Source of the DNA: Senegalimassilia sp.
GTDB taxonomy: Bacteria; Bacillota; Clostridia; Lachnospirales; Lachnospiraceae
DNA length: 64,000 bases
Direction: 5' to 3'
NCBI GenBank assembly: GCA_963659315.1
Contig: CAVKUD010000001.1
Location: 2,769-66,768 of the forward strand
Part shown: piece by piece, positions 11,722-21,797 of the stretch
Layout of the letters: each line of letters opens with the position of its first letter
Numbering within the stretch: position 1 is the first letter of the stretch
Notes under the pieces: generated by a model
Databases searched by the model: none
Seen by the model: only the letters and a program-made list of their open reading frames with translations
What the model was told of the DNA's origin: nothing
Translations under genes and position numbers: made by a program

Positions 11722-12408
11722 TTATATGTTCGATAAATATTCACATATGCCCAGATATATACCACGGGCTATCTTGTTCTGATAAGAATCCGTGGTAAGG
11801 GCGTCTGCCTCATTATAATTGCTTAGGAACCCACACTCTACTATTATAGTAGGTGTGGGTGATTTTTTTAGGAGATAGTAGCTGTCGTTTGCCTTTATGC
11901 CTCGTGACTCAGTCATGGACAGGGTCTTATCCAGAGAGGATAAGACTACAGTGGCAAGCTCCATACTGTCAGAGCTTGATGCATAGTAGAATACCTGGGG
12001 ACCATGTACAGACTCATCTGTAAAGCTGTTCTGGTGGATGCTGACTGTGATTGCGGCATCAGAATCTGACATGATTTGAACCCTCTTTTTCATATCCTCA
12101 CGTTTATGGTTGGAGGCGTCTTCGGAGGACAGGTCGTTGCTGTCCTCACGGGTTAATACCACATTATAGCCCTTGTTTTCCAGAAGCTGCTTGAGCTTTA
12201 GGGTGATAGACAGATTTATATCCTTTTCAAGAGCACCGTTTATCCCGATTTTGCCTGGGTCATCTCCACCGTGTCCTGCATCAAGGACAATAGTGCAGGG
12301 CTTGGCGGAGGTGGAATCATTGCCATAGACGGCAAGCCCACGACCGAATATAAAAGATGTACAGAGAAGTAATACGACTAAAAAGTTTTTGATATATTTA
12401 TGCGACAT
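11722..12408 (-). CDS. N-acetylmuramoyl-L-alanine amidase (Amidase_3, CwlD-like)
   Basis: IVLDAGHGG, EK, VSIHQNS and IIVECGFLSN zinc-amidase motifs; N-terminal signal segment. Confidence 0.9.
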   Translation of the reverse strand: MSHKYIKNFLVVLLLCTSFIFGRGLAVYGNDSTSAKPCTIVLDAGHGGDDPGKIGINGALEKDINLSITLKLKQLLENKGYNVVLTREDSNDLSSEDASNHKREDMKKRVQIMSDSDAAITVSIHQNSFTDESVHGPQVFYYASSSDSMELATVVLSSLDKTLSMTESRGIKANDSYYLLKKSPTPTIIVECGFLSNYNEADALTTDSYQNKIARGIYLGICEYLSNI

Positions 12409-12429
12409 GGTTCACCTCATGAAATCAAA

Positions 12430-12458
12430 ATACCCGATGCGAATATGCATCGGGTATT
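12430..12458 (-). terminator. Hairpin / probable terminator downstream of the GH18 gene
   Basis: ATACCCGATGC-loop-GCATCGGGTAT followed by T-rich tract on the minus strand. Confidence 0.6.
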
Positions 12459-12482
12459 AGTTATTATATATTATTCAGCTTT

Positions 12483-14225
12483 TTAGTTTATATACTTGAT
12501 AATGGTGTCCCATGTAGCATCATTTTCAAATCCAAGCTTCCAGAAGGATGCGCCTGCAAGGTCTGATGAATTCATAAGCTCAAGTCTTTTCTCAAGGGAT
12601 GATGTATCCTCAAGCCAGATTTTGTAGGTTTTTCCATCAGAATTCCACTCAGCATAGTTTTGTCCTGATTCCTCATCCCAGCTGATGACAGCACCGTTTG
12701 CGTTGACTATGCTTAAGGCTGAATCCATGCCGTAGGCTGTGGAGGTTACGCTGTACTGGGACAATTCATCATCTGTGTCTGTCACATCTGTCGAATCCTC
12801 ATCAGATAGTGGGGTAAGCTCCCAAAGTCTTGTGTAGAATGGCATGCCTAAGACCACCTGATTTGCAGGTACCTGAGCCAAGGTATCGCTGACAGCCTGT
12901 GTAACCCAGCCAAGGGAAGCCACAGAGCCTGAGCTTGAACCAGCATAATGTTCGTCATATCCCATAACAACAACATAGTCTGCGAAGTTTGCCTGCTCAC
13001 TTCTGTTATAAAATTCTGTGTAAGCAGAAGGCACATAGTTATCAACTGAAAGAGTGATGCCGTTGTTGCCACACTTTATAGAGAGCTCTCTGATAAACTC
13101 GATATAGGCATCTCCCACAGCATTGCCATCCAGAGCTTCAAAATCCACATTGATTCCATCAAGCTCATACTTTATGGCAGAAGCAATTATCTGGTTTACA
13201 AGATTCTGTCTGGTAGATGAATGGGTGAGTACATAAGTGCTGTCAACATCTGAATTTTCAAGGTTGCTGACAAGTGCCCATACTTCAACTCCCTGGGAAT
13301 GGCAGTATGATACATAGCTTGAGCTTGCGATATCATGCAGATTACCATTGTTGTCATTTAAGTAGAACCATGTAGGCGAGATAACATTTATGCCCTTTGT
13401 CTTTGCCAGGACATTTGCGATATTGTCATTGGCTGATGTTGTAGTCACCTGATGCCATGCCATGCAGATTTTTCCGTCCTTTACGATATGGCTGAAGGTT
13501 TCTGCCACATATGAGTCATTTTTAAGCTCCACAGACTGCTTGTTTGATACCAGCTTTGATTTGATGTAGCCGATAACTCCATCTGCGCTCATTACCTTTG
13601 TCCATTTATCGTCTTCCTCGATTACAGTTATTGTGTCACCCTTTGCAGCTTCCTTTAAAATAGGACTCTTGATGCCGCCCTTTTGACGAATCTGGGTGTT
13701 TTTCTTTACTGTTGCTGTGTCAACTGAACCCCATGAGTTGTTAATCAGCAGTCTGTTAGGCTCAGCTACATATTCATAAGTAAAATCTGAGTACTGGCGT
13801 ACAAAATCAATGTCAATATAGCAGGAGTCAGAGTTTGCCTTGACAACAGGATGACCATAGTCAACAGAGGATTTTGTGACCTGATAGCTGTTGCTGTCTG
13901 CACTTGCTGATATAAGCTCTGAGTCAGTGGCATAGAATAAAATGTTTTCGTTTGCATCCCAATAAAATCGTGAATTGATTGTATCGTGGACAAAGGAATA
14001 ATCAAGGTATACATAGCCATTTATGACCTTTGCCTGAGACTCGTTCAGTTCCCTGTTCAGGATTATGGCAGCCTGGTCATCAGCAGTAATATTGTAGTAT
14101 TCGTTCAGGCTTAAGACATCCTTGCTGGGAGTGTATTTTTTAATCAGTGCCGATATACCTGCGATTGCGATAACAATCACAATTAAGCCTGTAACAATCA
14201 GTACTGGTATTATTTTCTTTTTCAT
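12483..14225 (-). CDS. Glycoside hydrolase family 18 with SH3 domain (chitinase / cortex-lytic-like)
   Basis: LDGINVDFE catalytic motif, MGYDEH, FWKLGFE; SH3b-like segment; N-terminal membrane anchor. Confidence 0.85.
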   Translation of the reverse strand: MKKKIIPVLIVTGLIVIVIAIAGISALIKKYTPSKDVLSLNEYYNITADDQAAIILNRELNESQAKVINGYVYLDYSFVHDTINSRFYWDANENILFYATDSELISASADSNSYQVTKSSVDYGHPVVKANSDSCYIDIDFVRQYSDFTYEYVAEPNRLLINNSWGSVDTATVKKNTQIRQKGGIKSPILKEAAKGDTITVIEEDDKWTKVMSADGVIGYIKSKLVSNKQSVELKNDSYVAETFSHIVKDGKICMAWHQVTTTSANDNIANVLAKTKGINVISPTWFYLNDNNGNLHDIASSSYVSYCHSQGVEVWALVSNLENSDVDSTYVLTHSSTRQNLVNQIIASAIKYELDGINVDFEALDGNAVGDAYIEFIRELSIKCGNNGITLSVDNYVPSAYTEFYNRSEQANFADYVVVMGYDEHYAGSSSGSVASLGWVTQAVSDTLAQVPANQVVLGMPFYTRLWELTPLSDEDSTDVTDTDDELSQYSVTSTAYGMDSALSIVNANGAVISWDEESGQNYAEWNSDGKTYKIWLEDTSSLEKRLELMNSSDLAGASFWKLGFENDATWDTIIKYIN

Positions 14226-14566
14226 GTGTAAGAATCCTTTCATAGTATATTGTAAGGACGCATGTACGTCGCTTTGCTACGCTAATTATATATCATTACA
14301 AGGGCATATTCAAACACTTAATAAGGAGACTGCACAATAAAGCAGCCTCCTCCTTCTTCTCTCTTTTTTCTTTTAGAAATTATGTTGTTCATGCTGATAC
14401 AAGCAGAAAATAAACATCAAGTCTCCTTGCATTTTTCTCAAATTTTTTTAATTGAGAGCCAGAAGCTTTGCTGATTTTTCAGAACCAGAGGACAAGTCCT
14501 ATGTAATCTGATGGTAAGAACTCAATAAACAGCTGCTTGAAAAAAATAGTATGCATATGTGATATA

Positions 14567-15163
14567 TTATTTCCTTTCTGTAATTTTTTTCAAAAACCCG
14601 AAATACTGAGAGGTAAGTTGAAACGGATTTTCAAAGAAGGGAATCCTTAATATCCGGCATCCAGCAGCCTTATTGTACTCAAAATGTAAGCTGTTTTGAT
14701 TAATCTTGCCTGGATTTCCCAGTAAAATAACATTTTCCCGAATGTTATTTAAGTAGTTATGAGTAAAACTAATAAGGTCACTGTGATGCCAGGATGATAA
14801 ATCGCAGATTGCTAATTTTAAGCTGCAACGCATAAATTCTAAATTCGTATAATGATTTGTAACACCAAAATCCAATACAAAATAATCATAATTTTTCTGC
14901 AACAGAGCTGGAAGGTCATCCAGTGTGACAGCAGAATAGAAGTCAATCCCCAGATACTTAAAATGATTATTGCCATTTCTGGTGTTCAGGTTATGAATTT
15001 CATTAGTAGAATTAACTTCAAGATAAGCTACAGATGAGAATTGTTTGTTGGCTAAAAAATTAGAAACAGCGAGGCACAATGTTGTGACGCCTATCCCGCG
15101 GTGCATACCGCAGACGCCGATTATGCACGGTGCTTTATCAATCCTTTTATTAAATCCAAATAT
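14567..15163 (-). CDS. ParA/MinD/CpaE-like P-loop protein; probable non-canonical ATA start
   Basis: IIGVCGMHRGIGVTT deviant Walker A is complete only if the ORF extends upstream of ATG 15106; AAAGGAGG lies 9 nt before an in-frame ATA at 15163. Confidence 0.6.
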   Translation of the reverse strand: MFGFNKRIDKAPCIIGVCGMHRGIGVTTLCLAVSNFLANKQFSSVAYLEVNSTNEIHNLNTRNGNNHFKYLGIDFYSAVTLDDLPALLQKNYDYFVLDFGVTNHYTNLEFMRCSLKLAICDLSSWHHSDLISFTHNYLNNIRENVILLGNPGKINQNSLHFEYNKAAGCRILRIPFFENPFQLTSQYFGFLKKITERK

Positions 15164-16488
15164 TTTAAGATTCCTCCTTTGCCTGGCAGTATGGAGTCTA
15201 AAAATCTCTCATTTGCTTTGCCAACCCTTAAGGGGTCAGGAGCAAAAGGAAACATTATAACCCTTGTGCCAAGATATGATGCCAGCTGTCCTGCCTGTCT
15301 GCGATTGCACAGATTACAGACGACCCTGACTGGAATACCCGTTTTTTGAAGATGTTTATATCTTGATTTTGCATCCTTCCAGGTCCAGCACGAGCCAGAG
15401 CATACAATAACCACAAAGTCTGAGTTTATGAAGTCGCTATCATGCTCCAAGTCATCGACAGGTATGCTGCCGAAATCGTAGATTGCATTGCCCGATGTGG
15501 GAGCTGGAATGGTTATGCCTGTACCGTATTTGGGAATACCAGCAAAATGTCTGTGATAATATATTCCATCCCTTTCCCTGAAGGAATCTCTCAATCCGAC
15601 ATAATTGTGCAAAGCTTCTGACTCATTTTTCTCGAAATAGTAGCTTTCGGATTTACGGAATCTCAAGGCGGAAGTAATGGAAAATGCTATATGTGTACAT
15701 CCGCAGCCAGGAAAACTGCTGACTACTGATATTTTGTTATAGAGATGCGGATAATTGGTTTTTTCAAATATATTTTTTATTTCAGATGCAAGTTCTTCTA
15801 CCGTTTCAAATCGAAGAGCCGGCTCTGTATTGGTTGCTTTGTGGATAATCCTAAGAACTTTTGGGTCTGGTGTAGATAAGTAAGTGTAAATATACCCCAT
15901 AAGTTTCCCAATACTAAATACGTCAGCAGCCTGTGTAATCTGGTCGCTGCTAAATACCTCTGGTGCTGAAAAATCTACGTTACCAAGGTGATTGAAGTTA
16001 TTTCCTGAAATGGAAACATAAACAGATATGCCAAAATCGATTAATTTAATCTGGTCTCTGCATACTATAATATGCTCCGGTTTTAAATCCCTGTATATGA
16101 TTGGACTTGGAATTCTGCTGTGCAGATAGGAAAATATATCACATAAGTCCAAACAAAGAGAATAAAACCTCTCATTAGAAATAAACTGTTGTTGAAGCAG
16201 AAATTCGTCAAGACTTAATCCATCGACATATTCCTCTACCAGATAAATATATGAGTCATCCTGCTCAATATCAAATATCCGAGGAATGCCTGGATGGTTA
16301 AGCTCCTTCAAAATCTGAGCTTCTGTAAAATCATTACTGATGTTGTCTGTGTTTCTGGGGATAACTTTGACTGCTCTCAGTTGATTTAAAGAAATGTGTC
16401 TGACAAGAAAAACCCTGCTGAAGGAACCCTCGCCAATGGGCTTAAGAACCTCGTACCTGTCAAACGGTATTTGAAAATTATTAGTCAT
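15121..16488 (-). CDS. Hanks-type Ser/Thr kinase fused to a C-terminal ParA/CpaE-like domain
   Basis: IGEGSFSRV, AVK, YRDLKPEH, DFG, APE; C-terminal KISVVSSFPGCGCTH. Confidence 0.85.
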   Translation of the reverse strand: MTNNFQIPFDRYEVLKPIGEGSFSRVFLVRHISLNQLRAVKVIPRNTDNISNDFTEAQILKELNHPGIPRIFDIEQDDSYIYLVEEYVDGLSLDEFLLQQQFISNERFYSLCLDLCDIFSYLHSRIPSPIIYRDLKPEHIIVCRDQIKLIDFGISVYVSISGNNFNHLGNVDFSAPEVFSSDQITQAADVFSIGKLMGYIYTYLSTPDPKVLRIIHKATNTEPALRFETVEELASEIKNIFEKTNYPHLYNKISVVSSFPGCGCTHIAFSITSALRFRKSESYYFEKNESEALHNYVGLRDSFRERDGIYYHRHFAGIPKYGTGITIPAPTSGNAIYDFGSIPVDDLEHDSDFINSDFVVIVCSGSCWTWKDAKSRYKHLQKTGIPVRVVCNLCNRRQAGQLASYLGTRVIMFPFAPDPLRVGKANERFLDSILPGKGGILKYLDLIKGLIKHRA

Positions 16489-16675
16489 ACGCTCCTTTAG
16501 AACCAGTTGCGCATCTCTTAGAATGTTTTATAACACAAAAAATATACAAATGCAAGAACTAATTTTTATGTTTTTTATAAATTTTTAATATATGCAACTG
16601 CTTTACATCAAATAAGTGTTTGATTATAATAAGTGTACGATTTACAGGAAATTTTCAGGAAAAGGAAGTGATTAA

Positions 16676-17446
16676 ATGAAAATTGAAAAAGTAAATGACA
16701 ATCAAATCCGCTGTACGTTAACCAGACAGGATTTAGCGGACAGGCAGATTAAATTAAGCGAGCTGGCATATGGATCAGAGAAGGCGAGAAGTCTTTTTAA
16801 GGATATGATAGAGCAGGCTAACTATGAGTTCGGCTTTGAGACAAATGACATTCCATTAATGGTTGAGGCAATACCCGTTTCAGGGGAATCGATTATACTT
16901 CTCATCACAAAGGTTGAATATCCGGAGGAACTGGATACCAGATTTTCCAAATTTTCAGAAGCAGGTGAAGAGTACGATTCGTCTGATGAGCCACTTTTCC
17001 AGGAAAGTATGCAGGGTGCGGATGACATCTTAGACTTATTTGAGAACATAAAGAAGGAATACGAAAAGCACGCAAATACAGCGGAAAGCGACATTCCATC
17101 AAATGATACACCGATACCTGACAAGAAGCAGATAAAGGCTGAGCAGCTGGGTGATCTGGTAAAAATGTTTGAGTTTAGAAATCTTGATGAGGTGTGCCGT
17201 GTGTCAAAGGTTATAAGCGGATTTTATCATGGCAGGAATGACTTGTACAAGGATAGTCAGAAGAACAGGTATTACCTGATGCTTCACAAGAGCAAGCACA
17301 CTCCGGTGGAGTTTAACAAAATCTGTAATGCAGTTTCAGAGTATGCATATCAGAGGGTATATACCGCAGCAGTGGGAGCTTACTTTGGAGAGCATGGTAA
17401 GCTTATCGTACAAAAGGATGCAGTGCAGGAGCTTGCAGAGCTATAG
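16676..17446 (+). CDS. mecA: ClpC adaptor protein MecA
   Basis: MKIEKVNDNQIRCTLT N-terminus and EHGKLIV...AVQEL C-terminus typical of MecA. Confidence 0.85.
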   Translation: MKIEKVNDNQIRCTLTRQDLADRQIKLSELAYGSEKARSLFKDMIEQANYEFGFETNDIPLMVEAIPVSGESIILLITKVEYPEELDTRFSKFSEAGEEYDSSDEPLFQESMQGADDILDLFENIKKEYEKHANTAESDIPSNDTPIPDKKQIKAEQLGDLVKMFEFRNLDEVCRVSKVISGFYHGRNDLYKDSQKNRYYLMLHKSKHTPVEFNKICNAVSEYAYQRVYTAAVGAYFGEHGKLIVQKDAVQELAEL

Positions 17447-17476
17447 AAAAAAGGTGGTCGATTGACCACCTTTTTT
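17447..17476. terminator. Bidirectional intrinsic terminator
   Basis: AAAAAAGGTGGTC-gatt-GACCACCTTTTTT between convergent genes. Confidence 0.85.
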
Positions 17477-17488
17477 GCTTTAGTATGA

Positions 17489-17698
17489 CTAAGCAAGATC
17501 ATGCTCTAAAAAGTCATTAATATCATTCACAAGTCCTTCTGGATCAATTCCGTGAACCATAGCTGCCTCTGCAATAGTCTCCATCTGTGAAGATGGGCAA
17601 CCAAGGCAATGCATGCCGATATTTAAAAGCAATGGAGCTACGTTCTCATCAATCTGAAGAAGTTCACCGATCATGGTATCTTTAGTTACTTTTGCCAT
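17489..17698 (-). CDS. DUF1858 domain protein
   Basis: GMHCLGCPSSQMETIAEAAMVHG motif. Confidence 0.85.
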   Translation of the reverse strand: MAKVTKDTMIGELLQIDENVAPLLLNIGMHCLGCPSSQMETIAEAAMVHGIDPEGLVNDINDFLEHDLA

Positions 17699-17782
17699 TC
17701 TAGTATCCTCCTATAAAGTTTTTAGCTTGTCTATTATAATACGCTTTTTACATAATTGCAAACTTTATAGTGCCCAGAATGT

Positions 17783-17880
17783 TAAGAAAAATTCTTTTTT
17801 GGACGATATACTATGCAGATGACAGACAAGGATAGTCGAAAAACAGCATGGATGCTTGACCGGATAAATGGGAAGGAAAA
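17783..17880 (+). promoter_or_regulatory. Putative sigma-28/SigD promoter and CsrA-type GGA sites in the flagellin leader
   Basis: TAAG-N15-GACGATAT (17783-17809); GCATGGATGC mini-hairpin plus AAGGA and CCGGA motifs before the RBS. Confidence 0.5.
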
Positions 17881-17884
17881 GACT

Positions 17885-19306
17885 ATGAAGATTAACAGAA
17901 ATATGTCGGCTGTAATAGCCAGCAACCAGCTACACAGAACAGAGAATAAGCTGTCGGTTACTATGGAGAGATTATCGACTGGAATTAAGCTTAATTCAGC
18001 AGAGGATAATCCTGCTGGAATGGCAATCTCAAATAAAATGAAGGCACAGATTGATGCACTTGATAAGGCAAGTGACAATTCAACAGATGCAATATCTGTT
18101 ATGGAGATAGCAGATGGAGCCTTAAACGAGGTGACAAGCATTATCCAGAGAATGAGAGAGCTGTCTGTACAGGCGGCATCAGGCATATATACATATGATG
18201 ACAAGCAGAGTATACAGGCGGAGATAGACCAGTTAAAGGATGAGGTTGACCGAGTATCTGCAAATACAGAGTTCAACACAAAGTCTCTGCTCGACGGCTC
18301 ATCAGATACAAGGGTCTATACAAGAAAGACAGTGACAGCGGCAGATGGCACAACAAGCCAGGAGATAACACATTCCGATATTACCAGAATCAATATATCA
18401 GATGAGGTTGCAAGCAAAAATTATAAGGTTGAGGTTACAGAAACCGCAAAGCAGGCGCAAGGCTCTGTGAATGGCTATCCTGCAGGCGGAATAACTGTAG
18501 ATGGTACAATCTCTATAAATGGTGTTTCAGCAGAGATTAAGGCTGGAACAAGCGAAGCGGACTATCTGGCGCAGATACAGGAGCTTGCCCAGCAGGCAGG
18601 TGCAAATATGGAAGTGAATGGCAACTCTCTTGATTTGACCACAACAGCATATGGCTCATCAACAAAGCTTGAAATAAGCATATCTGATGATCTGGCAAAT
18701 GCACTGGGATATACAACCCAGGGAGATGGATATTCTGAGACCCAGTATGGTACAGATGCCAAGGTTACAGCAGGAGATGGATTTACACATCCAATTGTTA
18801 CATCTGAGGGCAACAGGGTATACATATCAGATGACAATGGATTTAAGATGGATTTTCTGGTAGATGCATCAGCAGACCTGGCTGAATATGACATAGATGT
18901 AACAGATATTGGAACAATGACTATCCAGATTGGTGCAAACCAGTATCAGGAGATGGATTTGAGAATACCAGAGGTTTCTGCCCAGTCCTTATATCTGGAT
19001 GGAATAAATGTGGCTGTTTCAGGTGGCGCAACAAAGGCTCTGGGTACACTGGATGATGCTCTTGCACAGGTAAATTCTGTAAGATCAAGAATCGGAGCCT
19101 TCCAGAACAGACTTGAGTATGCAAATGCCAGTCTTGATGAGACTTCTGAGAATATGACTTCAGCATATTCAAATCTCACAGATGCAGACATGGCAACAGA
19201 GATGACAGATTATGCAGCCCAGAATATATTAAATCAGGCAGGAATATCTGTACTTTCGCAGGCAAATGACCTGCCACAGCAGGTGCTCTCACTGTTATCA
19301 AGATAG
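17885..19306 (+). CDS. fliC: Flagellin
   Basis: MKINRNMSA...RLSTGIKLNSAEDNPAG N-terminus; RSRIGAFQNRLE...QQVLSLL C-terminus. Confidence 0.92.
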   Translation: MKINRNMSAVIASNQLHRTENKLSVTMERLSTGIKLNSAEDNPAGMAISNKMKAQIDALDKASDNSTDAISVMEIADGALNEVTSIIQRMRELSVQAASGIYTYDDKQSIQAEIDQLKDEVDRVSANTEFNTKSLLDGSSDTRVYTRKTVTAADGTTSQEITHSDITRINISDEVASKNYKVEVTETAKQAQGSVNGYPAGGITVDGTISINGVSAEIKAGTSEADYLAQIQELAQQAGANMEVNGNSLDLTTTAYGSSTKLEISISDDLANALGYTTQGDGYSETQYGTDAKVTAGDGFTHPIVTSEGNRVYISDDNGFKMDFLVDASADLAEYDIDVTDIGTMTIQIGANQYQEMDLRIPEVSAQSLYLDGINVAVSGGATKALGTLDDALAQVNSVRSRIGAFQNRLEYANASLDETSENMTSAYSNLTDADMATEMTDYAAQNILNQAGISVLSQANDLPQQVLSLLSR

Positions 19307-19315
19307 AGGTAGTGT

Positions 19316-19789
19316 ATGACAGATGAATTGAGACAGGATTTCACCAGAAGGCTCAGCCAGTGCAATCAGGGTGGAATGATAGTCATTATTTATGATATTT
19401 ATTTTGCATATATGGCAGATGCCAGGGCAGGCTTTGAAAAAAAAGATGATGAGTTGTTTAAATCAGGCATCAGAAAAGCAGGGCAGACGATTGATGAGTT
19501 AATCAATGCCCTGAATATGAGCTATGCTATAGCAAAGCAGCTTCTGCCACTGTATAAGTACTGCAAGGTGCAGCTGTCAAAGGCTCTCTACGAGAACAAA
19601 TCAGAGAGGTTAGACGAGGCTGACAGGATTATGAAGCGCCTGTATGACAGCTTTGTGGAGGCTGCCAGACAGGACACATCAGAGCCGCTTATGGCGAATA
19701 CACAGCAGGTATATGCGGGAATTACATATGGTAAAAATGATTTGGTTGAAAACTGTATAAGTGATACTCAGAGAGGATTCTTGGCATAA
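19316..19789 (+). CDS. fliS: Flagellar chaperone FliS-like
   Basis: Directly follows flagellin; IDELINALNMSYAIAKQLLPLYKY pattern. Confidence 0.75.
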   Translation: MTDELRQDFTRRLSQCNQGGMIVIIYDIYFAYMADARAGFEKKDDELFKSGIRKAGQTIDELINALNMSYAIAKQLLPLYKYCKVQLSKALYENKSERLDEADRIMKRLYDSFVEAARQDTSEPLMANTQQVYAGITYGKNDLVENCISDTQRGFLA

Positions 19790-20001
19790 GGATCCTCTAT
19801 TTTTTTTACGCAGTCCAGTAAAAATTTATATCGCATGGAGACAGCTTTTACCTGATAGATGTAATAGTCAATCAAATCCGGCTCCACAACATTTCCAAGG
19901 TTATTATAGGCATCCTTTAAATCATCGGTGGTCTGCTCTAAATCACGAAGCAGCAGCTCATATCCATCATTAGTTTCGGTAGATGTTCTAAATATACTCA
20001 T
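19768..20001 (-). CDS. YaaL/DUF2508 family protein
   Basis: EPDLIDYYIYQVKAVSMRYKFLL motif; GGAGG RBS before ATG at 20001. Confidence 0.75.
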   Translation of the reverse strand: MSIFRTSTETNDGYELLLRDLEQTTDDLKDAYNNLGNVVEPDLIDYYIYQVKAVSMRYKFLLDCVKKIEDPYAKNPL

Positions 20002-20274
20002 ATTACCTCCATTTCCAGACAAATCCCTTTTTACAAGTATAAGCAGAAATGGAAAATCTATACAATAAATTTTTGTTTCTACTATTGCGCAGGACTTCAA
20101 AATGAGATGTACAAGGAAAAAGTATTGAAAAATCAGCATATATAGAGTTTTGGACATGAGAAAATACGGAAATCTTGTTGATAAAGTGGAATCTTAAAAA
20201 ATTGCACAACTACTGTAGACAGCCCATATCTGCCTTGCTATAATTCAACTCACAACAAAAGAGGTGATGCAAAT

Positions 20275-20790
20275 ATGATAATCCTGTTGGCCTTTTTAGT
20301 TATTGCAGTAATACAGGATTTTAGAAGCCTTAAGGTCAGTAATCGGCTGATACTTACAGGGATGATAGTTGCAATTTTTTATCGACTATTTTCTAATGGT
20401 TTGGAAAGTGTTTTACTTATGATTCCAAACATCATTTTTCCGATTGCAGTTCTTTATCTACTATATCTTGCAGGTGCCCTGGGTGCCGGAGATATCAAAT
20501 TATTTTCACTGGTAGGATGTTTTACAGATTTTAAAGAATTGGCTGCATGTATGGTTATAGCATTTGTCTGGGGAGCGCTTGCGAGCCTGCTAAAGCTGGT
20601 TCATACAGGAGATGTAAGACGACAATTATTCAGGGGAGGAGGTTATCTGCTTGAAATTGCAAGAGGACACTGCACCACATATCCATATGCCGAAAACAGT
20701 CTTAAAATTCATTTTTCACTGGAGATTTTGCTGGGATATGTGTCAACAATATTACTTGGCTGTATAAGCAAAGGGGGGACATTATTTTGA
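20275..20790 (+). CDS. A24 prepilin peptidase (CpaA/TadV-like)
   Basis: QDFRSLKVSN and LGAGDIKL aspartate motifs; hydrophobic; first gene of the Tad cluster. Confidence 0.85.
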   Translation: MIILLAFLVIAVIQDFRSLKVSNRLILTGMIVAIFYRLFSNGLESVLLMIPNIIFPIAVLYLLYLAGALGAGDIKLFSLVGCFTDFKELAACMVIAFVWGALASLLKLVHTGDVRRQLFRGGGYLLEIARGHCTTYPYAENSLKIHFSLEILLGYVSTILLGCISKGGTLF

Positions 20791-21797
20791 AAAAGACACG
20801 ATTAGGAATAATCTCAGACGACAAGGTGTATGAGGCTCGTCTGGTAAGATTTATTATGAACCATTACAGCAGTCAGATTGATGTGTACGAATACACAGAC
20901 AGGTCTCTGCTGACAGGTAAGGAGGGACTGGATGCATTGCTATATTGTGGGGAATATGATGATGTGAGCCATATTCCCATAAGACCTGTGGCGGTACTTG
21001 TGGATTTGGAGACTGCGTATGAGGGGCAGCAGGAGGAGGGGATTTACATTGTGGAGAAATACCAGGAGGTAAATAAGATAATAGAGGAGGTGCTGGGGCA
21101 TATTTCAGCAGAGGTCAGGCAGGTGAGAGCTGCAGGACAGCTTGTAGCAGAGACACGGATATTTGGAGTATATTCACTGTCGGAAAATGACTATCAATTA
21201 CCATTTACAGCAATGCTGGGGAACATTGTAAGTGAGAGCAGGAAAGCCATTGTGATTGATGTACAGGAAAACAGTGGATTAAGGAAATCCTTAAATATCC
21301 AAAGCCAGAAGGGGCTGGAGGAGCTGATTGTGATGATTGAAAACGACAGGTTTTCAAGGAATCTGTTTTCTGAGTGCATAGTACATGAGGGAAAGCTGGA
21401 TTATATATATCCAGTCATGAATACAGAGAGCCTGTGTGAAATCAGCTCTGCCGCATATATAAGGATGCTTCAGCTTATAAGCCAGGAGATGGGCTATGAC
21501 TGCATAGTGATAAATTTTGGCAGCAGGTTCCAGGGGTTTTATGAGGTACTCAATATTTGCAGCCAGATATTTCTGATTCAGAAGCAGGGAGGCCTGGGGC
21601 AGTGGAGAGAGTACGAATTTATTGAGGATATCAATGACAGGGGCTACAAAAATATGCTGGAGAAGGTTATTAAAATCGAGCCGCCAGTAGTTGCTATGCC
21701 AGTGGAAAGCTGTGAAAAAATTGTTGAGCAGTGGAAATGGACTGAGTTTGGTGACATGATAAGGGGTTTGTCTGTGGGGGCGGTACAGCTTGGATGA
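20787..21797 (+). CDS. Tad-locus receiver-like / ParA-like (CpaE-position) protein
   Basis: Lies between prepilin peptidase and cpaF; degenerate MinD-like C-terminal half. Confidence 0.55.
   Translation: MKKTRLGIISDDKVYEARLVRFIMNHYSSQIDVYEYTDRSLLTGKEGLDALLYCGEYDDVSHIPIRPVAVLVDLETAYEGQQEEGIYIVEKYQEVNKIIEEVLGHISAEVRQVRAAGQLVAETRIFGVYSLSENDYQLPFTAMLGNIVSESRKAIVIDVQENSGLRKSLNIQSQKGLEELIVMIENDRFSRNLFSECIVHEGKLDYIYPVMNTESLCEISSAAYIRMLQLISQEMGYDCIVINFGSRFQGFYEVLNICSQIFLIQKQGGLGQWREYEFIEDINDRGYKNMLEKVIKIEPPVVAMPVESCEKIVEQWKWTEFGDMIRGLSVGAVQLG

Noticed and set aside
14440..14510. Minus-strand GCAAAGCTTCTGGCTCT resembling part of a c-di-GMP-I riboswitch
   Set aside because: Lacks the upstream GGCAAA..GAAA..GACGCAAA architecture and the closing P1 stem.
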